From: Trichosphaerium sp. ATCC 40318
Taxonomy: Eukaryota > Protista > Tubulinea
Assembly (NCBI GenBank): GCA_038496445.1
Contig: JALMLS010000228.1
Span: forward strand, 62,001 to 126,000
Direction of reading: 5' to 3'
DNA: 64,000 nt
Shown: piece by piece, positions 51,873-63,330 of the stretch
Layout of the letters: each line of letters starts with the position of its first letter
Numbering within the stretch: the first letter of the stretch is position 1
Program-made: the position numbers and the translations under genes
The notes under the pieces: model-generated
The model's database searches: none
What the model was told of the DNA's origin: nothing
What the model saw: the letters and a program-made list of their open reading frames with translations, nothing else

Positions 51873-54800
51873 CTAATCTTCTATGCTTAGCTCCTTAAAT
51901 AATGCCCTTGCTCCTTTTTTAACATGCTTATTAGAAGACTCACTTAGATGTTCTAGTATAGGTAATACAACACCATCTTTGTACTTTTGAAAATTAGTGG
52001 TGTAAGCGTCTAAAAAAAGAAATAAGTTAGAAATAGCCCTTACAATAAAGTAAACTCTTTAGCCATATCTGAACCTTTAGGACAAAACTAAAGCTTCAAA
52101 ACAGACGTGAAGAGGGAAATAAATAAGCTTTATTAACAAAATTAACGTATTGTCATACTCAAAACACATGCCATTCACTTGTTTCACGACGAACTTTTGA
52201 AAGAAAAAAAGAAGAAAAGAAAGGAAGAGAAAAGCGAGTTTTTTCGTACCGTTAGCACTGCACATGTAGAAAGTTATACCAACACAGTTGTATTGTATAT
52301 TATCAAACCCTTCATCTCTATATATCTCTTCCAGTAAATCGACAATAGCACTAATAAGCCCAGCTCTTTCGAAAACCTCTTGATTTTTTTCTAGAGAGTA
52401 ATTAACAAAGGGTGTAACTTGGTTTCTCTAGTTTTCTGTACCATGATTTCTGATTAAATCTAATATTGCCTCAGATACACGTATTAGAAGGTTCTCACTG
52501 GCATCTTTACAGCTCAACTTGCGTATTTATTAGCAATGAGAACATAACACCTAAAACGTACTAAATCGAGAAGTAGCTGTATGACTTCTGTATTTGTAAA
52601 GAGACTTTGCATTGTCCCTACAAGCGTTGTTAAAATTAAGTTGGTCCCCAAACATTAACTAAAACCCGTACCATCTCTACTCACTAGAGAATCTATAGAA
52701 TACGCCGCCACAGTAGCAACTGATTCCTGAATCACAAGTTAAACAACTTTTTTAAAACATAACATCTCAGATGATTCTTCTGCGCTCATACCTCATCCTT
52801 CAACATGTTTATCAATACGTCAATAACGCCTTTATCTGCAACCACAAGTCTACTTTCTCCTACATGTTGTTAAAACGATAGAAGAAAAAAACATGACACT
52901 TACTGTCTTCAACACACATTTCTGCCAACGCCAGGGCAGCCTGTACAAAATAATAAGAACCCACGAAACATAGTATATTTCAAACGAAGTCTTATGCGTT
53001 TATGGGGTTTTTTGGTAGCTGGTAAGGAAAGAAATTTAAAGTGTTGAACAGTTCGAACTTTGTGAGAAAAAAAAATAAAACATTGACACGTGCATATTTC
53101 ATCAACTCTCCGCCGTTTTGATTTTTTAATACTTCCACTACCTATTTCAATTTAAATATATTACTCACAGAGTAAGTCAATAATACTCACTTCCAATAAG
53201 ATTTGCTTCTCCCTCATTCTTCGCTTCACATTCGCTAAAAAAGTAAAAAGTAAGAATCAAAAAAAAAAAATAAAGCTTGTACAGTTTCCTGAACACAACG
53301 CCACTATTAATCGACATGTCTAGATAAAGTTAACTCAAATACGTCTGCACATTACTTTTTGAAAACAAACGGTGTATGTGATTGTCAAGTTTACCTTTGT
53401 TTGTACATCGATGGGGGAATTTGAAGTGATTAATGTATATATTGTATCAACGATACCCTGATCATAGCATAATTCTTGTATTGACATTTTAGCATATGCT
53501 TGTTTATATAAGATATCTAGCGCTTGTATTTGAACGTCTGGGTATCCACATCCAATAGCACTAGAGGAAACACGCGTCAAAAATGGGTAGGTCAATTTCT
53601 TTTTTAAAGTTACCAAACAAACGCTTCTATGATATGTTCCTCTGCTTGTATAGGTTTCTCATCTAACCAAAAAAGCACCTACATACGCATCTTGAGATAA
53701 TAAATGACATTTTTGACTTGCTAGCGTACCTCTTGTGCGAGATTCGCGGCAATTGCTTTTACTGATGCAGAAGAAAGTGAAATTCCTTTAAATACACCAA
53801 GTAATCCATTTTTATTGTCTTCATCGAGCAACAACGTACGCAGCTTTTCTTTCACGTGTTAGTATTATTAAAAGGGAAGTTTATATCAAAAAACATTGTA
53901 AAAAAGGAATTAAAAGATATTGTACCGCTTGACGGTGATACACGAGATAAAAGAGTCCATGCAGCTTCAGCAATCAATTCATGTTCACTTAGCAAAAAAG
54001 GTAATATTTTCGGTAGTGCTGGCTCTATATTTGCTCCTATTTTCTTTTTTAGTGTACTAGCGCTCGTAGTGTACGTATTTATAACTAACCTCTCTTTGCT
54101 AGAGTCATGACACGTGATAGTAGAGGTGTAAGTGTTGAACCTTTTGCCTTTTGAAGAAGTTCTAAGATTTTATTGAGCTCTTTTGTTTTACTGCCGTTTG
54201 TGTCTCCCCTAAAAACGTTTTTATTTTATTAAAGTGTTCGAGCACTTTCTAGATATAATGAAGTGTAATGATCGTTATAAAAAAGCAATAACATACTGTG
54301 TTAGGTAAATATACACTTCAGAGATGTTGACTTTTTTCTGCGCTTGTTTTTCCATTACAATCTTTTGCTCTCTTAGCCGAAACTAGCGGTCACGTGAGTT
54401 ACCAAATAGAGCACGTGCGCGTAAAAATGAATTTCGGTTATCGATCATAATATGACATTTTTATAATAATAAACATTATTAACCCATAAAACGTGATAGT
54501 TGTTACTTAATCACGTGTATTTTTGGCAAAAAAAAAAAAAAGCGTTTGAGTTTAAAAAAAAGCTAACCTCTAAATCAATTGTCTTGCGACGAATACGCTC
54601 CTCCCTAGCATGAGATTCTGATCGCTTCAAGGGCTTACGGGCAGGTGCGGGGTTTGATTCGGGAGCTTGCGAAAAATCATTAGTAAACGAGTGTAGGTAA
54701 GCCTTTTGCTTCTTTGTTTAAATATGGGTTGAGACTTTATTTACAATTCAATACTAAAAGCTCTCTCTGTTCTATTATAAAAGTAATATATCCTACCTTC

Positions 54801-57800
54801 ACTCATAGCTCTTATACCCAAGCTGATCTCGTCTTAATATCGACAAATGTCGTACTTGTCAACCAAAATCAAATGGACCGCTAAAACAAAAAACTCCATG
54901 GATTAACAAAAACAACGTATTCTTTGTTCCGGGTTTGTTACGTTTATTCCTTTTTGAATTAACTCACAGTACTAAAATACAAGATGGAGGCGTATATAGC
55001 GTAAATCTAACGCTATGTTTGCATACTATTCAGTTTTTTTTGTATATCCACAAACGAAGGCCTTAGAAATCACGTGTCAACGAGAGGAATGGGAAAGAAA
55101 AAAATCGAAAAGAAAAAAAAAAGGTTATTTTTACCTTGCTTTGGGTCGCTTGTCCCAACAAGCCTTCACTAACTCCACCATAGGTTCTAAACTTTATAAA
55201 TAACGTCACCATAATTATAAAACATACTTGGTACGTTCTTTGGTAACGTAGGACGTTGATTTAGTTCGCAAACGACATGCTGGAGTTCCGTTAGTTTTAG
55301 TGGATTTTTATTTACAAAGAAAGAATTCTAACCTGTAGTTGCTCGAGCAGCTCAATGTCCGGGAAGGGATCCTCTCCAATTAACATCTCGGCTAATAGCA
55401 TAGCGAAAGAGTATGCATCGGCTCTTTTGCTATGCTTTGCATGCTTCTTTGCACCAATAAGTACCTCAGGAGCCTCCCTTGTTAAAGAGTTACTCAATAC
55501 GGAAGAATAAAGATAAAAAAGCACCAACCATTTTGGAGTTCCTGCTAACTTTGTCATTGTTGGATTAGCAACTAATGCTTTACTTAAACCAAAGTCGCCT
55601 ACTTTAGCTACACCACTACTAAGCTAAGACAATCATAAGTCTCAAAAGAAGAAAAAAAGGTTACTTACCAAAATATTCTCTGCTTTTAAATCTCTATGAA
55701 CCTGATAACAATACGTTACGGACAACATTTACCACTTAGAAAGAGTCTGCTAACGTACGATGTTAAGAGAGTGTAGATACACTAGAGCATCAGAAACATC
55801 GATAGCATATCTCACTGTATCTTTAAAGTCAAGACAACCTTTACTGGTTATCATCATTTTGAGATTTCCTTGTTCCATTAACTCGTGCACTAACACGAAT
55901 GTAGAAGGCTCATCGAGTTTTAGCTCGACTACAGCTCCCTTTTTTAAATGTTAGTGTATCATTTACGCTTTATTAGAGAAGGACGTACCAAGAATTGTAC
56001 AATGTTAGGATGAGAAATCATGCTCTGAACTGCAATTTCTGTATAAAATTGCTCCAGAGAAAACGACATAGCGTATTCATCAAACTCTTTTATGGCCACC
56101 CTGCGACGTTTGTATGTCCCAGAATAAACCTACATATACTTAACAACGATAGTAGGCAAACGCGGTCACAACATACCACAGCATAAGCGCCTCGACCCAA
56201 TTGTCTTCCTTTTTGTACTTCTTGTCGCTACGAACTATTAAAAAAACAACGCAATGCAAACACTCACTCGAATTTCTTTAGCTATTTGAAGTCTCCCACT
56301 CTTTGCTAGCCTTATTAACTCTGGAACAACACCTTCCTTCTTTAAAATCTCTTCACGACACATCTAAAACAAGAGTGTAAATAAAACTAAAAAAAGGACT
56401 AAGCAATACCTCGTAGTTTCCAAAAGCTACCAGAGCTCTAGCAGCACCACAAACAATCTCACGCGCGATAGTGCATCCTTCTAACTTTATAGTACCAAGA
56501 ACTATAGAAGATAATGTTTCAACAAGCCTCGGAGATGCTCTGAGAATATTTCCAACAAGTTGCCTCTTATCTGTGTCCAAATGAAGCAAACCGGTAACAA
56601 AACTCGCCACTTCCCTTTTGAGAAGCCAAGATGTGTCTGGCTTGTCGTGGTATCCCACAATCATAGCCAAGGGAGATGGAAAGTCTCTAGTTTCTTTCAA
56701 CAAGGCAGCACGTGTATCTCGATCTACAAAGCACAATTGTTAACTTCGATAAAAAATAACAAACACCGAGGTACCTAATCCGTCACCACATGTGACTAGT
56801 GTTGATAATACACTGAGTGCTGCTGCCTTTAGCGAAGATGCTTGACGTGTCAAATCTGATAATAATACTGGATTGAATAAATACAGTAGCTGTCTTTGAG
56901 CATCTCTACGAACAGACGGGTCCCATTCTCGAATTTGACTGTGAGTTATATTATACAAAGCCTTCGCAAGTGCAGTAAACAACTGAGATTGACCGAAAGC
57001 CGCTAATGGTATACAAGGTGATATATGACCTGTGGATAGCATAGAATTAAGCATCTTATCATCTAACAAGGTTAGTCGAGAAGAAGAAAGGCAACCAAAA
57101 GAATGTGTTGTAACTTACTCAAAGAGAAGAACCAAGATGCTTTGACTAAGCTCTTTTTGCCTGTGTTAGGTAAAGGTGTAACTGTAACACCGTCTCTATC
57201 TTCAGAATTTAGAATAGGGCTAGGCGGAGGTATATCAGCTTCTGTAGCGTCTAGTGGATTCTTCTCATTATCAACAAGATTAAGAATATCTCTCTTAGAA
57301 GGAGAATTCCTCAAAACATAGAATAAAGAGTTTAAATCTCTGGAATCATCCTCTTCAGGTTCTACACCAAAGAAGCCACTAACCCAACTTGTCGCCAGTT
57401 TACTTGCTCCTAGTAGTGACCACATACTCCCAGCTCTAGCATGACCTTGGCTCTTGCCTTGAGGACGAAGAGTCTGCGATTTACGGTCAGGTTCTGGTGA
57501 AATTGCAACAACGTCATCTCCGTAGTTATCTACAGTCGACTGTACAGATTTTGGTGTTTCAGTATCCGCAGAACCTGCTGTATTTATGAAAACATCGTCT
57601 TCTTCTGTATCGGGATCAATAACATCTTTAAGTAAAACAATAGATTTTCCTTCAGTTACACTTCTTCTCAGACTCCTGGCAACGCCTTTATGGAATTGTT
57701 AGTACAAATGGCCTTCCCTAAGTTTGGTTAAACAAGTGAATACACATACCTCTTGTATTCACGTGATCAGTTTGTATAAGACCCAAAATATGGGTTGCCA

Positions 57801-59373
57801 AAGATACACCTTTGCGTACAACTGAACGACACATTCGTTTATACGTGGAGTCTTCTCTTGAACAACCTCTTAATCCGGCAGCAATACCACTAATAGCACA
57901 TCGAGCATGGAGTGATAGATAATTAGACTCAGCTATTAATGCCAGTTTCCTTGCTGCTGATCTTTTTCTATCGTTTTTGATCGCTTGTATTATTTTTAAA
58001 GAGCGAGCTCTTGCACGTTTAAACTTGCTCTTAACGTTTGCCATTTGAAACCAACGCAAGTGTAATTTTGCTGATACATATCTTTCGTGTGTTGTTGTTA
58101 CACGTGTACGTTGTAGGTACTGTATTGTTTGAAGAAGCATATGAAGACCTTGCCATCGGAATTCTTTTAAAAGTTTCACAAGTAAATCTATTTTTAAAGT
58201 TAATTTGTTGATCTTACATAGAACATGGTTGGTTCAGTAGATTTGTGTTAACGTACCAACATCTTTACAAAGTGACGGACATTTCTTTATAATGTACATA
58301 ATTTTCTTCAATCCAAAGTCGTTCGCATGGATAGTAGTCAATTTCATCCATCTAATGTTTTCTTTCAGAAAAAATTTAAAAAAAATTAACTCACCTAATG
58401 ATGTCATTTTCAGTAGCCTTTTTAGCATTATACGCATGCAATAAATGATACAAGAATTTAGTGTGACACAATACAGCATGATGCAAAGGAATCTTGAGGT
58501 TACAGTTAAAGAGAAAAATCGTTTTCAAACAATTTGAGCAACGCATACAATAATTCATGAAAAAAAAAGGATACAATGTGAGCGTGATGAAGTGAAGGTA
58601 CAGCTAAAACTACACCAGTACCACGCACACACCAATACTTCTCAAAAAAAGAGAATAACTGTTCACGACATTTTGGATTTGAAGCCAGCTCTACAGCCAT
58701 TTGTGGATGATCATTCATGTACTCATTAGTCCAAACACCAAAAGGAGGAACCCATGTTGGTTGCATTAAATCAGACCACTCTGAGAACATGCGTATAGTA
58801 TCCTATTATTTCAAAGAATCCATCAGTAACCCTACAATTGGGAAGGGAGCATAACAAAGACAAAAAAAGTTGATTTTTTAAACGGGAAATTAGTTTTAAT
58901 AAACGTGCAGTTGTATAATCTTCCATTCTTGTTTTAGTCATAGATTCATTACCATACGGATGAGTAACGCGTACTGCAAGCCCACGGTGCCACCATTCTG
59001 TGTGTACAGATTTTTTCTGCGCTTGTGTTAATACTAGACTGGATGTACCCACGTACTTTACGTATTTTCACTGTTCCTTTGCCGTGTGGTTGATTATTTT
59101 GCCATTTACCATTGTAATACCAAATTATCTCGTTATCAGCAGTATTTCGCTCGATTAACTGCCCGGAGCCCTAAAAAAGTGTCAAATGGCGTAAAGAGAA
59201 GGTGTACTAACATGGCGGGTTGCGCCATCATCAATTAGCGCTCCTTTGTACGATAAACCGTTACCGTAATCTACATCGTGAACGCTACGTAAAGTCCGTT
59301 CGAAATTTTGCTTTCCTTTTTGATTTTGAGCTACCTTTGCGTCTTTAGATTTAAATCCGCGCGGGCTCTTCAT
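51873..59373 (-). CDS. Large TKL-type protein kinase with N-terminal MORN-like repeats and ARM-like repeats on both sides of the kinase domain
   Basis: MORN-like YKGALIDDGATRHGSGQL and YYNGKWQNNQPHGKGT. Kinase LGRGAYAVVY..VAIK, HPNIV, HRDLKAENIL, DFG, GTPKW.APE, DAYSFA (55100-56230). ARM-like helices (GIVDTIYTL, GVIDVLINML, GLISAIVDLL). Ends LSIED*. Confidence 0.85.
58493..58574 (-). other. Candidate U12-type GT-AG intron (82 nt) in the kinase gene
   Basis: 5'SS GTATCCTTT; branch TCTTTAAC about 12 nt before an AAG acceptor; in-frame join HHAHI|IPLHH. Confidence 0.75.
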
Positions 59374-59768
59374 TTCTTGCAATCATAGAACTGATAGCCG
59401 AAAACTAAATCACGATGCTTGAAAACTTAACGAGGACAGAAAACAGTAACGATTTTGCGCTTGCAATTCCTACTATTCGCGCTTGTATAGTAAACACAAA
59501 GAAGTTTTAATGGTAGATCAAAAATTCGCTTTGCTTTCCCATTTGCGTTTATATTCAGCAACATGTCTCATTGAGCAATTCAATAATAATGCCAGCATAC
59601 GTTATTCTTCAAGGCTCAATGGAAATACTTAGTTTACATTTTTGTAAATGAGTTTGCCCTAAAATCGCCGTAAGTTTTTCACAGGCAAAATTGCCTATTC
59701 TGGGTAATTTCCACCCATTTTACATTTTCTTTGAGTCTGTAAAGAACCGCAACACCTTACAAGATACA

Positions 59769-62700
59769 ATGTCTGATTACTACAGTAGAAAGAGAAAATC
59801 ATACGGCGACAGCGACGGCTACGACTCTAAAAGGCGTAGAACAGACCATGGCAGTTCCCGTGGTTACAGAGATGAGTCTGGTGGTGACGGCGTACGTTCG
59901 AAGTCCTGAATATTTCCCCACAAACGCCCGCGCAAGAGAGTAGCAAGGGTTCTTTCCAGAGAGTAGCTATAGGTGGGCAGAGGTTTATTCCGTTCTAATT
60001 TGATCGACTCCCACGCCGTGCAGTTGTAAGGACTTACAGCAAACTAAGGGGTCTCATATATGAATCGGACTTGCCGCAGCGAGCTAACGCGTAAAACGAA
60101 CCTCAAAACGAAGGTTTTAACCGCTCTGCCACGCCTATAACAGCCACATAACGGAACCAGTTACCACGCGGAACGAGGGTGGGAAAAATATTGAGGGCGC
60201 TTTATTTGGCGTTTATAAACCTAAAAAATCTCAAACCTCGAAAATACTTCGTATAACACCTTCGTCGTTCATATTACGACTCGAAAACACCATTTTGTTT
60301 TTGACTGACGGACCTGGTTGAGAGTTTGTTGTTTCTTGTTGTCAAGACGTACGCGATGGGTTTCCCACGTTGGTTTTGTTTTTGAGAAACGCGCAATGCT
60401 CATTCAGTTCTTTAATTTTACTTTTTGAGGTTTTTCCTACACAACGTCTCTATTTTAGTCCCTAAATTAACACCACAATAGGCAGGACCTGAAGAGGTTG
60501 ATGTATTCGCTTCAAAGCCATCTGGTGCGTATTTTGTAGAATTCTACCTTTTTTCTACCTCCGTTTCTATTTTTTCAAAGCGCTAACGTTTTATAGGCAT
60601 TGACTTTGACCGTTATGAAAAGATTGACGTAAAAGTCGACGGTAAAGAAATTCCACCACCAAATGAGACTTTCCAAGCAATGAAATTGAATGATACACTC
60701 ATCAAGAACATTGAATACGCAAAGTACACTAAACCAACACCAATTCAAAAATTCGGTGTCTCATACTCCTTGGATGGACAGGATATTATGGCAGCTGCCC
60801 AAACAGGTGTGTACATCAACAAACGGCAACTTTCTTTACGTGTTTTCCACACATTTTATCAATTTTTTTTTGTTCCTCTCTTTTTTGGGCGAAACAAAGT
60901 CCTTTTTTCCTCCGTTTTTTTTTGGTTTATTGTGCTGTGTTCTCATTTTTTTTCTTCAACAGGTTCCGGTAAGACAGCAGCATTTTTACTTCCTGTTCTC
61001 CACTCTTTGTTGGAAGACTTGCCACCTGCATCTGATCGTCGCATGGCTACACCAACATGCCTCATCCTTGCACCAACAAGAGAACTCGCTCAACAAATTC
61101 GTTCTGAAGCTCTTAAGGTATGTACAATTGGCGAAAACTATTTTTTATTTTCGATGTATTTTTATTGACTCCTTTTCTTTAGTTTGCTTACCACAGTCCT
61201 ATCATTGTCCGTTGTTGTTACGGTGGTGAGAAGAGACATATTCAATTGAAACGTCTAGACCGTGGTTGTCATATCCTTGTCGCTACACCTGGTCGTCTTC
61301 TCGATTTCTTGGACAGCGCTCGTATCGGTCTTCGTCGTGCAAAATTTTTGATTCTCGATGAAGCTGATCGTATGTTGGACATGGGATTCGCTCCTGATAT
61401 TCACAAGGTTATTGAACAATACGATATGCCTCACAAAGAGGAGAGACAAACACTTATGTTCTCTGCTACTTTCCCAAAAGAAATTCAGCAACTCGCACGC
61501 GTACGTTATCGTTTTAAAGCCTTTTTGTTTCTTTTTTTTTCGAAATGCATAATTTTCTGTATTGGTCGTCATTCTGATCTGTTGCTTTAGGAATTTTTGC
61601 GTCGTGGACACACCTTTATCGAAGTCGGTATGGTCGGTGCTGCAGCTGAATTGGTAGAACAAAAAATCCTTCGGTTAGAAGATACACAAGCAAAGCGTGA
61701 GAAGCTCATTGAATTGCTCGATGAAGTCCCTGGACAAACACTAAGTACGTACATGAATTTAACACTGTTTTCTCTAAAAAAGCAAAAAAGCGTTCTTAAC
61801 ATTTGTACTTACTCGTCTTTTTTAGTTTTCGTTGAGAGAAAAGTCGATTGTGACGCTCTCGGTAGATGGCTTTCATACTATTACAAAAATGGCCGTGCTG
61901 GTTTCATTCACGGTGACAAGGACCAACGTCAACGTAATGCCGCTCTTAGAGAATTCAAAGACGGGCGTGTACGTATTCTTGTCGCTACATCTGTTGCTGC
62001 ACGTGGTCTTGATATCCAAAACGTAACACATGTTGTCAACTTCGATTTACCTTCAAACATTGATGACTACATTCATCGTATCGGCCGTACTGGACGTGCT
62101 GGTAACAGAGGTTTGGCTACAGGATTCTACAGCACAAAGGATCGTAACCTCGCCAAAAAACTTGTCGCTGCTTTCGATGATGCCGGCAAGGAAGTCCCAG
62201 ACTGGCTCAGAAAAGAAGGACAAATGAGATCATCCGGTGGTCGCAGAAATGGTCGTTACGGCGGTCGTCGTGGTGGTCGCCGCGGTGGCGGTGGTTACGG
62301 CGGTGGTCGCAGCGGCGGTTACGGTGGCGGTTACGGCGGTGGCTATGGTGGCGGTCGCGGTGGCGGCGGTGGCTACGGTGGTGGTTATGGTGGTCGCGGT
62401 GGTGGCGGCGGCTATGGCGGTAAGTACTAAAAAAGCTTTGCTACTGTTTACTTGTACGTCACATGGCTATACTTTATTTTATTATTGCATCTTAATTTTA
62501 CTTAATGGCCATGCGTGTACAAACGATCCTCCTTGTCCTTTCTTTTTTTTTTTTCCTTCTTTTCCTTTTTTTCATCTTTTTTTTTCATCTTTTCGTTTTC
62601 TTTTGTTTTTGTTGGATGTGAGTACTGATTTATTTTTTCAGGTGGTTATGGCGGTAGTTACGGTGGAGGTGGTTACGGTGGTGGATACAGTTCTACCCCT

Positions 62701-62805
62701 GGACCAAGTGCACCTTCTAGTTATAACCCAAGTTACAGTTCTGGATCGCGTCAACAATATGGCGCTTCTCAGTCAGCATATAATCCATTGAAGCCTACTA
62801 AATAA
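59769..62805 (+). CDS. DED1: DEAD-box RNA helicase of the Ded1/DDX3 subfamily
   Basis: GIDFDRYEKIDVKVDG (Ded1/DDX3 N-terminal extension), PTPIQ, AQTGSGKT, PTRELA, TPGRL, DEAD, SAT, ARGLD, HRIGRTGRAG, RGG/GGY-rich tail. Confidence 0.93.
59903..60198 (+). ncRNA. Structured RNA element (long nested stem-loop) in intron 1 (59892-60481) of the Ded1/DDX3 gene
   Basis: About nine nested helical segments with G-U pairs on the sense strand; GC-rich compared with other introns. Family not recognised. Confidence 0.65.
62232..62420 (+). repeat. Low-complexity RGG/GGY coding repeat
   Basis: ggcggt/ggttacggc repeats encoding the helicase tail. Confidence 0.9.
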
Positions 62806-63330
62806 TATGTGTTGTGTGGTATTCATGCTCGCTATTTGATGTATTCACGCTCTGGCGTCTTCATTTTGAAGCGTTGGATTTTTTGTAACCGTGACGAGAC
62901 TATTTTTTTTTTAAATCTTGGCTTCGTCGTTTTGTATGTAAAAAGTGGAATAAAGTACTAATGTTCTCTATAAACTTGCAAGCATGTTGTTTATAATTTT
63001 AATTGTAATGTCCGTTATCTAAATCTTCAATGCAGTAAGCTAGTTTATTGACATTTTTTTTTGGACGTTGATTTTTTTATTTTGTCTGCTGACGCGTCGT
63101 TTTTGTTGTGTGGGTTATACAGGAGTGTTTGTTCTTTAATCCTTCACCTAATTTTATCAGCTGTTGATAAATATAGTTTTACTCGTTTATCACGTCACGT
63201 GATAATTATTTTTACGCCTTTTTGGCGCATTTTATTAGGCATTAGCATGGTCTCTTAGTTCCTGAAAATAACTCAGACCGAACTAGCGTCAACACTGTCT
63301 ACAGTGCTAGCTGCGCCTTTTACTGTCAAG

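Noticed and set aside
54560-54680. GC-rich island that looked like an ncRNA
   Set aside because: It is a minus-strand coding exon of the kinase (APESNPAPARKPLKRSESHAREERIRRKTIDLE).
59903-60198. Assignment of the intronic structure as SRP RNA, RNase P/MRP or telomerase RNA
   Set aside because: Size fits SRP RNA, but I could not find the helix-8 motif, Alu UGU motif, P4 consensus or a CUAACCCU-type template. Left unassigned.
62237-62791. 184-aa Val/Ala-rich ORF
   Set aside because: Alternate frame of the GGY/RGG helicase tail plus intron.
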